The notes under the pieces were generated by a model. That model was given only the letters and a program-made list of their open reading frames with translations. It was not told where the DNA came from and searched no databases. The translations under genes and the position numbers were made by a program. Source: Isurus oxyrinchus (lineage: Eukaryota). Taken from it: DNA of 64,000 bases. Location: positions 86,118,001 through 86,182,000 of the forward strand of contig JANJGN010000016.1 of the NCBI GenBank assembly GCA_026770705.1, given 5' to 3'. Positions 1 to 15,900 of this stretch are shown here, one piece after another (position 1 is the first letter of the stretch; each line of letters opens with the position of its first letter).

Positions 1-74
1 AGAAAAATCTTTATAATTTATTGGAAAAAAAAGGAAGGGGGAAACAGAAAGGGGGTGGGGATGGAGGAGGGAGC

Positions 75-966
75 TCACGACCTAAAGTTGTTGAATTCAA
101 TATTCAGACCGGAAGGCTGTAAGGTGCCTAGTTGGAAGATGAGGTGTTGTTCCTCCAGTTTGCGTTGGGCTTCACTGGAACAATGCAGCAAGCCAAGGAC
201 AGACATGTGGGCAAGAGAGCAGGGTGGAGTATTAAAATGGCAAGCGACAGGGAGGTTTGGGTCATTCTTGCGGACAGACCTCAGGTGTTCTGCAAAGCGG
301 TCGCCCAGTTTACGTTTGGTCTCTCCAATGTAGAGGAGACCACATTGGGAGCAACGAATGCAGTAGACTAAGTTGGGGGAAATGCAAGTGAAATGCTGCT
401 TCACTTGAAAGGTGTGTTTGGGCCCTTGGACGGTGAGGAGAGAGGAAGTGAAGGGGCAGGTGTTACATCTTTTGCGTGGGCATGGGGTGGTGCCATAGGA
501 GGGGGTTGAGGAGTAGGGGGTGATGGAGGAGTGGACCAGGGTGTCCCGGAGGGAGCGATCCCTACGGAATGCCGATAAGGGGGGTGAAGGGAAGATGTGT
601 TTGGTGGTGGCATCATGCTGGAGTTGGCGGAAATGGCGGAGGATGATCCTTTGAATGCGGAGGCTGGTGGCGTGATAAGTGAGGACAAGGGGGACCCTAT
701 CATGTTTCTGGGAGGGAGGAGAAGGCGTGAGGGCGGATGCGCGGGAGATGGGCCGGACACGGTTGAGGGCCCTGTCAACGACCGTGGGTGGAAAACCTCG
801 GTTAAGGAAGAAGGAGGACATGTCAGAGGAACTGTTTTTGAAGGTGGCATCATCGGAACAGATGCGACGGAGGCGAAGGAACTGAGAGAATGGGATGGAG
901 TCCTTACAGGAAGCGGGGTGTGAGGAGCTGTAGTCGAGGTAGCTGTGGGAGTCGGTGGGTTTGTAA
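75..966 (-). mobile_element. Penelope-like element (Neptune-like) 3' part: RT thumb/C-terminus, Cys-rich linker and GIY-YIG endonuclease; 5'-truncated at the satellite
   Basis: The C-terminal ~297 aa of ORF 75..1325(-) read VYKPTDSHSYLDYSSSHP...IPFSQFLRLRRICS, RVPLVLTYH, PCPRKRCNTCP, FTC..NLVYCIRCSQCGLLYIGETKRKLGDRFAEH...VACHFN...EQHLIFQLGTLQPSGLN. These are typical PLE thumb, Zn-linker and GIY-YIG motifs. The upstream part of the ORF is satellite read-through. Confidence 0.9.
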
Positions 967-969
967 ACA

Positions 970-3900
970 ACCTTCTCACCCCCGGCAACACCCACCCACC
1001 CCACCCCCGGCATCACCAAACCCCTATGCCAAGCATCACCCATGCCCACAACCCTGGAATAACCCACCCCCTCACCCCCGGCATCATCCACTCCCCAACC
1101 CTCAGCCTCACCTATTCCCCCACACCCGGCATCACCCACATCCCCTAATCCGGCATCACCCACCCCCTCACGCCCGGTATCACCCACTCCCCCATCCCCG
1201 GCATCACTCACACCCCCACTTCCGGCATTAACAACTCCATCACCCCTTGGCATCAGCCAACCCCCACCCATGGTTCCCTCATCCCCACCCCCAGCATCAG
1301 CCAACCCCCCCAACCCTGGCATCACCCACCCCTGGCATCACCGACCCCCCCTACCCTGGGTTTCACCCACACACCCCACTCCCGGCATCACCCACTGCAC
1401 CACCTTCGACATCACCCACCCCCTCCCCACACCCAGCAACACCTAGCCCCCCAACGCTGGCATTATCCAGGCCACCACCCCTACCCCGGGCATCACCCAC
1501 ACACCCCACTCCCGGCATCAGCCACCCCTTCACCCCCGCCATTACCCACACCCCCAACACCGGCCTCAACTATTCCCCCGCACCCAGCATCACCCACACC
1601 CTCTACCCGGCATCACACACTAACTCACGCTCGGTATCACCCACTCCCCAACTTCCAGCATTAACAACTCCCTCACCCCTGGCATCACCCAGCCCCAACC
1701 CACGGTTCCCTCAGCCCCAACCCCAGCATCAGCCACCCCACCAACCCTGGTATCACCCACTCCGGCATCACCCACACCCCCTATCCTGGGCATCACCCAC
1801 CATTCCCACCCCTGGCTTCACCCACACCCTCACCCCCAGCAACACCCACACCCCCAACACTGGAATCACCCAAACACCCCACTCCCGTCATCACCCACCG
1901 CACCACCCTCGGCATCACCCAGCACCCCTCCCACACCTGGTGTCACCTAGCTCCCTACCCACGGCATTATCCAGGCCCCCACCCAGGCCATCACCCAACC
2001 CCAACCACCGGCACCACCCTCACCCCCTCCACTGGCATTACCCACTCTCCCACCCCTAGCATCACCCAGCCCCCCATCCCTGGATTCACTTACATCACCA
2101 CACCCGGCATCACCTACAAAACCCACCCACAACCCCGGCATCACCCAAACCCTCACCCCCGGCATCATTCAAACCCCCAGACTGGCATCACCCACTCCGT
2201 CACTCCCGGAATCACAAACCACACCACCCCCGGCATCACCCTGCACTTCACCGCCGGCAGCACCCAACCCCGCACCCCCGACAATACCCACCCTCCCATA
2301 CCCGGCAACACACACCCCCTCACCCCTGGCATCACCCAAAACCTCACCCCCTGCATCATCACCCCACTCCAATCCGGCATCACCCACACCCTCACACCCG
2401 GCATAAACCATCCCCACACCCCTGGCATCACATCCCCCCAACCACTGGCATCACCCACCCTCTCACCCCCGACACCACCACACTCCCAACCCCTGTGTCC
2501 CCCATATTCCCACCCCCGGCATCACCCGCACCCCCACCCCCTGCATCACCACCCCACTCCAACCCCCGGCATCACCCACACCCTCACCACCGGCATAACT
2601 CAATCCCCCAGCCTGGCATCACCCACCCCCTCACTCCCAGAATCACCCAGCCTACCACCCATGGCATCTCACACCCCACCACCCCCGGCATCAAACACCC
2701 CTTCACTGCTTGCAACACCCATCCCGCCAACCCTGCCATCAACCAAACCCGACATTACCCACCACCCCCATACCTGGTATCACAAAACCCATCACCCCTG
2801 GCATCACACACCCAACCACCCCCGGCATCACCCACCCCCACACCCCCAGCATCAGCAAACCCCTCAACACTGGCAATACACACACCCCCAATACCCGACA
2901 TCACCATTCCCCATACCCCTGGCATCACCGACACCCCCAACTCTGGCATCACCAACCCCCCCAACCAATGGCATCACCCTCCCCCAGTATCACCCACCCC
3001 CCACCCCAGGCAACACCCACCACCCCCACCCCAAACATCACACACTGCCTCACCACTGGCTTCACCAAACACCCCAAACCACCGGCCTCACACACTTCTG
3101 GCATCACCCACACCCCCACCCCTGGCATCACCCGTACCCCCACCCCCGGCATCACCCACACCCTCACCACCAGCATCACTCAAACACCCAGCCGGCATCA
3201 CCCACCCACTCACTCCCAGAATCACCCAGCCTACCACCCATGGCATCACTCACCCCCTCACCCACGGCATCACACTTCCCACCACCCCTGGCATCACCCA
3301 CCCCTTCAATCCCGGCAGCAAAGCAAGCCCTCATCCCTGGCAGCACCCACCACCCCCGGCCCCAGCATCATCCACCCCTTCACTGCTAGCAACACCCTCA
3401 CAACCCGACATTACCCATGCCCCCATACCTGCTAACACCCACCCCATCAACTCCGGCATCACACACACCACCACCCCCGGCATCATCCATACCTATAACC
3501 CCAGCATCACCCAACCACACAACACTGGCATTACCTACTCACCCATACCCGCCATCACCACTCCCCCAACCCCGGCATCATCCACACCTATACCCCCAGC
3601 ATCATCCAACCACACAACACCGGCATTACCCACTCCCCCATACCCGCCATCACCACTACCCCCACCCCCGGCATTGCACACCCGCCCACCTCTGGCATCA
3701 GCAAACAACGGCATCACCCACCCCCAGCATCACCCACTCCCCCACTCCCGGCATCACCCTCCACCCCTCACCCCTGGCATCACCCTCACCCTCACCACCG
3801 GTATCACTCAAACCCCCAGGCCGGCATCACCCACCCCCTCATTCCCAGAATCACCCAGCCTACCACCCATGGCATCACCCACCCCCTCACCCCCGGCATC

Positions 3901-6900
3901 ACACACCCCACCACCCCCATCAGCACCCAACCCCACACCCCTGACGTTACCCATACCCGGCATCACACACGTCCTCACCCCAAGCATCACCTCCCCCCCC
4001 TCACCCCCGGCATCATACATCCCCTCAACCCCGGCATCACACATCATGTCACCCCCGGCACCACGCACCCCCCCCACCCCTGGCCTCACTTACCACCCCA
4101 ACCTCAGCCTCACCCACCGCCTTACCTCCGGCATCACACCACCCTCACCTCTGGCATCACCCAACCGCCACCCCCCGTCCTCGACATCAACCACCCATCC
4201 AACCCCAGCACCACACACTTGCCCACCCCCGGCATCACCCACCCCCCGAACCACCAACATCAGCCACACCCACACCCTCACACACGGCATCACCCACACT
4301 CCCATCCCAGGCATCAACCACTCTCCCCCCCACCCCCGGCATCACCCTACCAAACCCCTACCCACGGCATCACCCACCCCCTCACCCCCGGCATCACTCA
4401 AACCCCCACACCGGCATCACACAAACACTCACTCCCGGCATCACCCACCCACCCACCCACCCACCCACGGCATCACTCACCCCCTCAACCTCGGCATCAC
4501 ACACCCCACCAGCCCCGGCATCACCCACCGCCATAATCCCAGCATCACCCAACCCCTCACCACCGGCGTTACCCATCCCCCATATACGCCATCACCACTC
4601 CTGCCACACCCGGCATCACCCACACCCTCACCCCCGACTTCACACAACTCGTCACCACTGGCTTCACCAAACACCCCACCCCACCGGCATCACCCACTCC
4701 ACCACTCCCGGCATCACCCACCCCCAGCATCACCAACACCCCCAACACTGGCATCACCCACACACCCCACTCCCGGCATCACCAACTCCCCCACTCCCGG
4801 CAACACCCACAAACCCACCCCCAGCATCACCCAACACCCAACCGTGGCATTGCCGAACCCCGGCATCCCCCACCCCCCCACCCCAGGCATCACCTATCAC
4901 CCCCACCCCCGGCCTCAGTCCCAGCAACAACTACACCCCCATCCCAACAACAATATTGGCATCAACCACCCCCCCAATCCCGGTATCACCCACCCCACCA
5001 CCCCCGGCATCACCCACCAGCCCCACCCCCACCCCCAACATCACACACCTCCTCACTCCTGGCTTCACCAAACATCGGACCCCACCGGTATCACCAACTA
5101 CCCCACTCCTGGCATCACCCACTCTCTCACCCTCAGCATCACCCACCCTCTCACCCCCAGCATCACCCAACCCTCAACTGTGGTATCGCCAACTCCCGGC
5201 ATCACCCAACCACCCGAACTCCGGCATCACCTATCACCCCCACCCCCGGTATCACCCACCCTCGCACCCCCGACACCATCCACATCCTCACCCCCGGCAT
5301 CACCCACACCCTCACCACCGGCATCACTCAAACCCCCAGCCCGGCCATCACCCAGCCCCTCACTCCCGGAATCACACACCCCACCAACCCATGCATCACC
5401 CAATACTTCACTGCTGGCAGCACCCAACCCCGCACCACCGACAATACCCACGCCTCCATACCCTGCAACACACACCCCCTCACCGCTGGCATCACCCTCC
5501 CACTCCAAAACCCGGCATCACCCACACCCTCATCCACGACATAACACACCCACACCACCGGCATCACCCACCCTCTCACCTCCGACACCACCACACCCCC
5601 CAACCCCGTCAACACCCACACCCACACCCCCAGCATCACCCACACCCTCACCAGCAGCATCACTCAAACCCCCAGCCTGGCATCACCCACCCCTTCACAC
5701 CCAGAATCACACACCCTACCAGCCATGGTATCAATCACCCCCTCACCCCTGGCATCACACACCCCACCACCACTGGCATCACCCACCTCTTCAACCCCGG
5801 CAGCACCCAACCCCTCATCCCCGGCATCACCCACCACCCCCGGCCCCAGCATCACCCCCCCTTCACTGCCAGCAACACCCTCACCCCCAACCCTGCCTTC
5901 ACCCACCACCGACATTACTTACTACCCCCATACTTGGTATCACCCACCCCATCAACCCCGGTATCATACACCCCACCACCCCTGGCATCACCCACCCCTA
6001 CACCCCCAGTATCAGCCAACCACACACCACTGGCATTACCCACATCCCCCATACCCGCCATCACCAATACCCCCAAACCCGGCATCGCCCACCGCCCCAC
6101 CTCTGGCATCACAAACCCCCCCTAACAATGGCATCACCCACACCCAGCATCACCCAACCCCAACCCCAGGCGACACCCACCACCCCCACCCACAACATCA
6201 CACACCTCACCACTGGCTACACCAAACACCCCACCACACCGGCATCACCCAGTCCCCCACTCCCGGCATCGCCCACCAGCCCACACCCCCAGCATCACCC
6301 ACACCCCCAACACTGGCATCACACACACACACCCCACTCCCGGCATCACCCACCCCCCCCAACCCCGGCATCAACAAGCCCCCACACCCGGCATCATCTA
6401 GCCCCCCATCCATGGCATTATCCAGGCCCCCTCCCCCGGCATCACTCAACCCCAACCAATGGCATCACCCATACCTCCACCTCTGGCATTACCCGCTCCC
6501 CCAACCCCGGCATCACCCAGCCCCCAATCCCCGGCATCAAAAACCCCCCAACACCCGGCTTCAACCACCCCCTACCCCTGGCATCACTCACCCCCTCACC
6601 CCCGCCATCACCCACCCCCCCACCCACAGCATCACCTATTCCCCCACCCTCGTCATCACCCACCATCCCATCCCCGGCATCACCCACCACCCTAACACAG
6701 GCATCACCCATGCCCACAACACCAGCATCACTCACCCCTTCACCTCTGGCATCACCTACACCCCCCCCACCCCCGGCATCACCTATTCCCCCAGCCCCGG
6801 CATCACCCACCATCACACCCCTGGCATTACCCAACCCCTTACCCCAGGCATCATCCAACCCCTCCACCCCCGGCATCACCCACCCCCTCAACCCCGGCAT

Positions 6901-9900
6901 CAGACATCACGTCACCCCCGGCATCACCCACCTCCCCACCCCTTGCATCCCACACTCTTAACCCCGGCATCACCCCACCTTTACCTCTGGCATTACCCAA
7001 CCACCCCCATCCCCGACATCAACCACCCATCCACCCCCGGCACCACCCACTTGCCCACCCCCGGCATCACCCAGCCCCCGAACCACCAGCATCATCCACA
7101 CCCCCACCCCCACACCCGGCATCACCCACACACCCAAACCCGGCACCAACCACCACCTCCACCCCCGGCATCACACATAGCCCCATCCCCGGCATGAACC
7201 ACAGACCCCCAACCCCGGCATCACCCAACCACACCCCTATCCCCGGCATCACCCATGCCTTCACCCCCGGCAGCACCTAACCCCTCACCCCCAGCATCAC
7301 CCACCACCCCCACCCCCAGCATCACCAATCCCTTCACTGCCAGCAACACCCACCCCTCCAACCCTGCCATCAACCTGCCCTGACATTACCCCGCCACCCC
7401 CCACCCCATGCCTGGTATCACCCACCCCATCACCCCCGGCATCACACACCCACCCACACCCGGCATAACCCACTCCCACATCCCCAGCATCAGCCAAAAC
7501 CTCAACACCGGCATTACACACCCCCCCCCCATACCCGACATCACCACTCCCCCCACCCCAGGCATCACCAACCCTGCCACCTCTGGCATCACTAACCCCC
7601 CACCCCAGGCAACATCCACCACCCCCACCCCCAACATCACACACCTCCTTACCACTGGCTTCGACAAACACCCCACCCCACTGGTATCACCCACTCCCCC
7701 ACTCCCGGCATAACGCACTACCCCCTAACCCCAGCATCACCACACCCCAACACTGGCATCACCCACACACTCCACTCCCGGCATCATCCACCCCCTCACC
7801 CCCCGGCTTCACCTAGCACCCCACCCACGGCATTATCCAGGCCCCCTCCGCCGGCATCACCCAACCCCAACCACCAGCATCACCCACACCCCCATCTCTG
7901 GCATTACCTGCTCCCCCACCCCCGGCATCACCCAGCCCCCCATCCCTGGCATCAAACTCCCGCCCACGCCCGGCATCACCCACCCCCTCACCCCCAGCAT
8001 CACACACCCTCCTACCCCAGGCTTCACCCACGCCCACAACACTGGCATCACTCACTCCCTCAACCCCGGCATCAATCACGCACCCCCTACCCCCGCCATC
8101 ACCCAGCCCCCTAACCCAGGCATCACCCATGCCCACAACCCCGGCATCACCCACCCACCCACACCTGGCATTACTCAGCCCCCAACCCCGGCATCATCCA
8201 CCCCCCTACCCCATGCATCATCCACCCCCTTACCCCCGGCATCACCCACCCCGTCACCCCTGGCATCACCCAACCTCCCACCATCCCTGGCATCAATCAC
8301 CCATCCAACCCCGGCATGATCAACCCCCCCAACACAGGCAACACCCACTACCCCCACCCCCAACATCACATACCTCCTCACCCCTGGCTTCAACAAACAC
8401 TCCACCCCCACCGGCATGAACAGGTCCCCCACTCACGGCATCACCCATGCCCCCACCCCCAGCATCACGCAACCCCCAACCGCGGCATCGCCGACCCCCC
8501 GGCATCACCCACCCCCTCAGTCCCAGGAACAAAAAAACACCCAAAATTGGCATTACCCACCCCCCTCACTCCTGAAATCACACAACCCACCACCCCCGGC
8601 ATCACCAAGCGCTTCACCGCCGGCAGTACCCAACCCTTCAACCCCGACAATACACACCCCCCCATACCCGGCAACACGCAGCCCCTCCCCGCTGGAATCT
8701 CCCACCACCTCACCCCCGGCATCACCCAACACCTCACCCTCGGCATCACCCACACCCCCACCCCTGGCATCACCCACCCTCTTACCCCTGACACCACCAC
8801 ACCCCCCAACCCTGGCATCACCCGCACCCCACACCCGGCATCACCCACACCCTCACCACCGGCATCACTCAGACCCTCAGCCCGGCATCATCCACCCCCT
8901 CATTCCCAGAACCACCCAGCCTACCACCCATGACATCACTCACCCCCTCACCCACGGCATCACACCCCCCACCACCCCATGCATCACCCAACCCTTCACC
9001 CCGGCAGCACCCAACCCTTCATCCCCGGCATCACCCACCACCCCCAGCCCCAGCATCACCCCCCCTTCACTGCCAGGAACACTCACACCCCCAACCCTGC
9101 CATCACCCACCCCCAACATTACCCACTACCCCCATACCTGGTATCACCCACCCCATCAACCCCGGCACCACTGACCCCACCACCCCCGGCATCACCCACC
9201 CCAACACCCCCAGCATCACCCAACCAAACAACATCGGCATTACCCACCCACCCCATACCCGCCACCACCACTCCCCCCACCCCCGACATCGCCCACCCCC
9301 CCACCTCTGGCATCACCAACCCCCACAAACAACGGCATCACCCGCCCCCATCATCACTCACCCCCCACCCCAGGCAATACCCGCCACCCCCCACTCCCAA
9401 CATCACACACCTCCTCAACACTGGCTTCACCAAACAACCCACACCACCAGCATCACCCACTCCCTCACTCCCGGCATCACCCACCACCCCACTCCCCCAG
9501 CATCACCCACACCCCCAACACTGGCATCACCCACACACCCCACTCCCGGCATCACCCAGATCCCACACCTGGCATCACTCACCCCCTAACCGAGGCATCA
9601 CCCATGCCCACAACCCCGGCATCACCCAGATCCCACACCTGGCATCACTCACCCCCTAACCCAGGCATCACCCATGCCCACAACCCCGGCATCACCCAGA
9701 TCCCACACCTGGCATCATCTAGCCCCCCACCCACGGCATTATCCAGGCCCCCACCCCCGGCATCACCCAAACCCAACCAACGGCATCACCCATACCCCCA
9801 CCTCTGGCATTACCCACTCTCCCAACCCCGGCATCACCCAGCCCCCAATCCCCGGCATCAAAAACCCCCCAACACCCGGCTTCAACCACCCCCTACCCCC

Positions 9901-12900
9901 GGCATCAAAAACCCCCTCAACCCCGGCATCACCTATTCCCCCACCCTCGGCATCACCCACCATCCCATCCCCGGCATCACTCACCCCCTAACCCAGGCAT
10001 CACCCATGCCCACAACCTCGGCATCACCCACTCACCCACACCCGGCATCACCCACCACCTCCATGCCCAGCATCACCGGTCCCCCCCATTCCCGGCATCA
10101 ACCACTGCACCCCGCTCACCACCGGCATCACCCATCCACACCCTCACACCCGGCATCAACCACCCCCCCCACCCCCAGCATCACCTTTTCCCCCAGCCCC
10201 GGCATCACCCACCATCACATCCCCGGCATCACCCACCCCCCTACCCCAGGATTCACCCACGCCCACAACACAGGCATCACTCACCTCCTCACCCCCGGCA
10301 TCACCCACCTGCACCCCCTCCCCCACCCCCGGCATCACCTATTCCCCCATCCCCGGCATCACCCACCAACACATTCCCAGCATCACCCAGCCCCTTACCT
10401 CAGGCATCACCCATGTCCACAACCCCGGCATCACCCACCTCCCAATGCCCGGCATCATCCAAAACCTCCACCCCCGGCATCAACCACCCCCTCAACCCCG
10501 GCATCAGACATCACGTCACCCCCGGCATCACCCACCTCCCCACTCCTGGCATCACTCACCTCCCCAACCCCGGCATCATCCACCCCCCTCCCCCATGCAT
10601 CACCCATTCCCTTATCCCCGGCATCACCCTACCCTTACCCCTGGCTTTACCCAACCACCCCCATCCCCAACATCAACCACCCATCCACCCCCGGCATCCC
10701 CACCCGCGCCCCCACCGCCCACCCGCAGCATCACCTATTCCCCCAGCCCCGGCATCAACCACCAACACATCCCTGGCATCACCCACCCCCTTACCCCAGG
10801 CATCACCCATGCCCACTACCCCGGCATCACCCACCTCCCCATGCCCGGCATCATCCAACACCTCCACCCCCGGCATCTCACCTCCGACACCACCACACCC
10901 CCGAACCCCGTCAACACCCACACTCACACCCCCAGCATCACCCACACCCTCACCACCAGCATCACTCAAACCCCCAGCCCGGCATCACCAAACCCTTCAC
11001 ACCCAGAATCACACACCCTACCAGCCATGGTATCAATCACCCCCTCACCACTGGCATCACACACCCCACTACCCCTGGCATCACCCACCTCTTCAACCCC
11101 GGCAGCACCCAACCCCTCATCCCTGGCATCACCCATCACCCCCGGCCCCAGCATCACCCACCCCTTCACTGCCAGCAACACCCTCACCCCCAACCCTGCC
11201 TTCACCCACCACCGACATTACTCACTACCCCCATACTTGGTATCACCCACCCCATCAACCCCGGTATCATACACCCCACCACCCCCGGCATCACCCAGCC
11301 CTACACCCCCAGCATCAGCCAACCACACACCACCGGCATTACCCACATCCCCCATACCCGCCATCACCAATATCCCCAAACCCGGCATCGCCCATCGCCC
11401 CACCTCTGGCATCACCAACCCCCCCTAACAATGGCATCACCCACCCCCAGCATCACGCAACCCCAACCCCAGGCGACACCCACCACCCCCACCCACAACA
11501 TCACACACTTCACCATTGGCTACACCAAACACCCCACCCCACCGGCATCACCCAGTCCCCCACTCCTGGCATCACCCATACACTCACCCCCAGCATCACC
11601 CACACCCCCAACACTGGCATCACCCACACACCCCACTCCCGGCATCACCCACCCCCCCAACCCCGGCATCAACCAGCCCCCAATCCCGGCATCATCTAGC
11701 CCCCCACCCATGGCATTATCCAGGCCCCCTCCCCCGGCATCACTCAACCCCAACCAATGGCATCACCCATACCCCCACCTCTGGCATTACCCGCTCCCCC
11801 AAACCCGGCATCACCCAGCCCCCAATCCCCGGCATCAAAAACCCCCCAACACCCGGCTTCAACCACCCCCTACCCCCGGCATCACTCACCCACTCACCCC
11901 CACCCCCCCTCCCACAGCATCACCTATTCCCCCACCCTCGTCATCGCCCACCATCCCATCCCTGGCATCACCCACCACCCTAACGCAGGCATCACCCATG
12001 CCCACAACACCAGCATCACTCACCCCCTCACCGCCGGCATCACCCACCCCCCCCGCCCCACCTCCGACATCACCCAGCCCCCCATCCCCGGCATCAAACA
12101 CCTCCCAACCCCGGCATCACCTAGACCCTCACCCACGGCATTACCTAGCCCCCCACCCACAGCAATATCCAGGCCCCATCCCCCGGCATCACCCACCACC
12201 CCCCCACCCCCAGCATTACCCACACACTCAACACAGGCATCATCCACACCCCGCACTCGAGGAATCACCCATGCCCACAAACCCGACATCACCCACCCTC
12301 CCACCCCAGGCATCACCCACTCCCCCATCCCCGGCATCAACCACCCCCCCCACCACTGGCATCACCCATCCATTCCCCCACCCACGGCATCACCCACACC
12401 CTCATCTCTGGCATCTCACACCCTCATCTCACACCGACTCCGGCATCAACCAAACCCTCACACCTGGCATCACTCACCCCCCCACCGCTGGCATCAACCA
12501 ACCCCTCCACCCCCAGCATTACCCACCCGCTCAACTCCAGCATCACCCACACCCTCACCCCTGACAATACCAACCCCCCCATACACGGCATCACACACCA
12601 CCTCACGCCTGGCATCACCCCCCAACTCCAACCCACGGCATCACCCACACACACCCCGGGTATTACCCATCCCCTCACACCCAGCATCACCCACCCTCTC
12701 ATCCCCGACACCACCAGCAGCACCACCCCCACCCCGGCATCACCCACAGACCCACCCCAGGCATCACTCAAACCCCCAGCTTGGCATCACCCATGCCCTA
12801 ACTCCCAGAATCACCCACCCTACCACTCACGGCATCTCCCACCCCCTCACCCCCGGCAGCAAACACCCCACCAACCCCAGCATTACCCATCGCCCCACCC

Positions 12901-15900
12901 CCAGCATCAGCAACCCTCCCAAACCCCAGCATAAACCACCCCCTCACTCCCGGCATTGCCCCCACACCCCAAGCATCACCCACCCTCTCACCCCTGACAC
13001 CACACCCCCCAACCCCAGCATCACCCATAGACCCACCACCGGCAACACCAACTACCCCTACCGCCGGCATCACAAACCCCCTCACCCCTGGCTTCACCCA
13101 ACACCCCACCCCCCGACTCCCGGCATCATCCACACCCCCCCCCACCCCTAGCATCACCCACCCCCTCACTGCCAGCAACATCCACCCCCCAACCCTGCCA
13201 TCACCCACCACCGACATTACCCACCCTCCCATGCCTGGCATCACCCACCCTACCAACCCCTGCATCACCCAAGCCCTCACCACCGAAATTCCCCACCCCC
13301 CCATACCCACCAACACCACTCCCCGCAACCCTGGCATCACCCAGCCTGCCCATCTCTGGCATCTCCAAACCCCTCACCCCAGGTAACACCCCCCATCCTC
13401 ACCCCCAAACATCACACACAAATCATCACCACTGGCTTCACCAAACAACCCACCCCCTTGGCATCACCCACTCCCCCACTCCCGTCATCACCCATCACCC
13501 CCCACCCCTAGCATCACCTAGCCCCCCCACCCACGACATTATCCAGACCCCCTTCACCGACATCACCCAACCCCAACCACCGGCATCACCCGCACCCCCA
13601 CCCCTGGCATTACCCACTCCCCCACCCCCGGCATCACCCAGCCCCCCATCTCTGGCATCACCCACCCCGGCATCACCTATTCCCCCACCCCCGCCATCAC
13701 CCACCATCCAATCCCCGGCATCACCCAGCCCACTTCCCCAGACATCACCCATGCCCACAAACCCGGCATCACCCACGCTCCCACCCCCGGCATCACCCAA
13801 CCCCTCCACCCGCGGCATCATCCACCCTCCTACCCCATGCATCACCCACCCCCTTATCCCCGGCATCACCCACCCTGTCAGCCCTGGTATCACCCAACCC
13901 CCAACCATCCCTGACATCAACCACCCATCCAACCCCGGCACCACCCAACCCCCACCCCAGGCAACACCCACCAACCCCACCCCCAACATCACACACCTCC
14001 TCACCCCTGGCTTCACCAAACACCCCGCCCCACCGGCATCACCAACTTCCCCACTCCCGGCATCACCCAACCCATCAACCATGGCATCGCCGACCACCGG
14101 CATCAGCCACCCACCCTACCCCTGGCATCATCTATCACCTCCACCCCTGGCATCACCCAACATCTCAGTCCCAGCAACAACTACACCCCCAACATTGGCA
14201 TCACTCACCCCCCCCCTCTCCCGGCATCACCCACCCCCTAACCCCGGCATCACTCACACTCCCACCCCCGGCATCACCCACACCCCCCATACCCGGCATC
14301 ACCCACACCCTCACCCACGGCATCAGACAACCCCTCACCCCCGGCATCACCGCCCCCCACTCCCGGCATCACCCACCCTCTCACACACGACACCACCATC
14401 CCCCCACCGCCGGCATCACCAACCCCCACAATCCCTGGTATCATACACCCCGGCATCACTCACACCCCCACCCCCGGCAACACCAACTACCCCCAACACC
14501 GGCATCACACACTCCCTCACTCCCAGCAACAACTACACCCATAACATTAGCATCAACTACCCCCCCACGCCTGGCATCACCCACAAATCCCACCCCCAAC
14601 CCCGGCATCACCCACCCTCCCAACCCCGGCATCAGGCAACCAAACCCCCGGCACCACTCACAACACCCACCCCCAACCCCAGCATCACTACATACCCACC
14701 CCCAGCACCACCCACAACCTCACCCCGGCATCACCCACACCCTCAACCCCGGCATCACTCAAACCTCCAGCCCGGCATCACCCACGCCCTAACTCCCAGA
14801 ATCACCCACCCGATCACCCATGGCATCTCCCACCCCCTCACCCCCGGCAGCAAACACGCCACCAGCCCCGGCATTACCCATCGCCCCACCCTCGGCATCA
14901 GCAAACCTCCCAAACCCCAGCATAACCCACCCCCTCACTCCCGGCATTGCCCCCCCACCCCCAGCATCACCCACCCTCTCACCCCTGACACCACCACACC
15001 CCCCAACCCCAGCATCACCCATACCCCCACCACCGGCAACTCCAAATACCCCTACCACCGGCATCACAAACCCCCTCACCCCTGGCTTCACCCAACACCC
15101 CACCCCCCACTCCCGGCATCATCCACCCCCCCCACCCCCAGCATCACCCACCCCCTCACTGCCAGCAACACCCACCCCCCAACCCTGCCATCACCCACCA
15201 CCGACATTACCCACCCCCCCATACCTGGCATCACCCACCCTACCAACACCTGCATCACCCAAACCCTCACCACCGACATTACCCACCCCCCCAAACCGAC
15301 CAACACCACTCCCCCCAACCCCCGCATCACCCTGCCCCCCATCTCTGGCATCACTAACCCCCCCACCCCAGGTAACACCCCCCATCCCCACCCCCAATCA
15401 TCACACACATCCTCACCACTGGCTTCACCAAACAGCCCACCCCCTTGGCATCACCCACTCCCCCACTCCCGGCATCACCAATCACTCCCCACCCCCAGAA
15501 TCACCTAGCCCCCCCACCCACGCCATTATCCAGACCCCTTCACCGACATCACCCAACCCCAAACACCGGCATCACCCGCACCCCCACCCCTGGCATTACC
15601 CACTCCCCCACCCCCGGCATCACCCAGCCCCCCATCTCCGGCATCACCCACCCCGGCATCACCTATTCCCCCACCCCCGGCATCACCCACCATCCAATTC
15701 CCAGCATCACCCAGCCCCCTTCCCCAGGCATCACCCGTGCCCACAAACCCGGCATCTCCCACCCTCCCATCCCCGGCATCACCCACCAACACATCCCCAG
15801 CATCATCCACCCTCCTACCCCATGCACCACCCACCCCCTTATCCCCGGCATCACCCACCCCGTCAGCCCTGGTATCACCCAACTCCCAACCATCCCTGAC

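Noticed and set aside
967-1325. N-terminal ~120 aa of the 416-aa PLE ORF
   Set aside because: It is G-rich satellite translation, not RT sequence.
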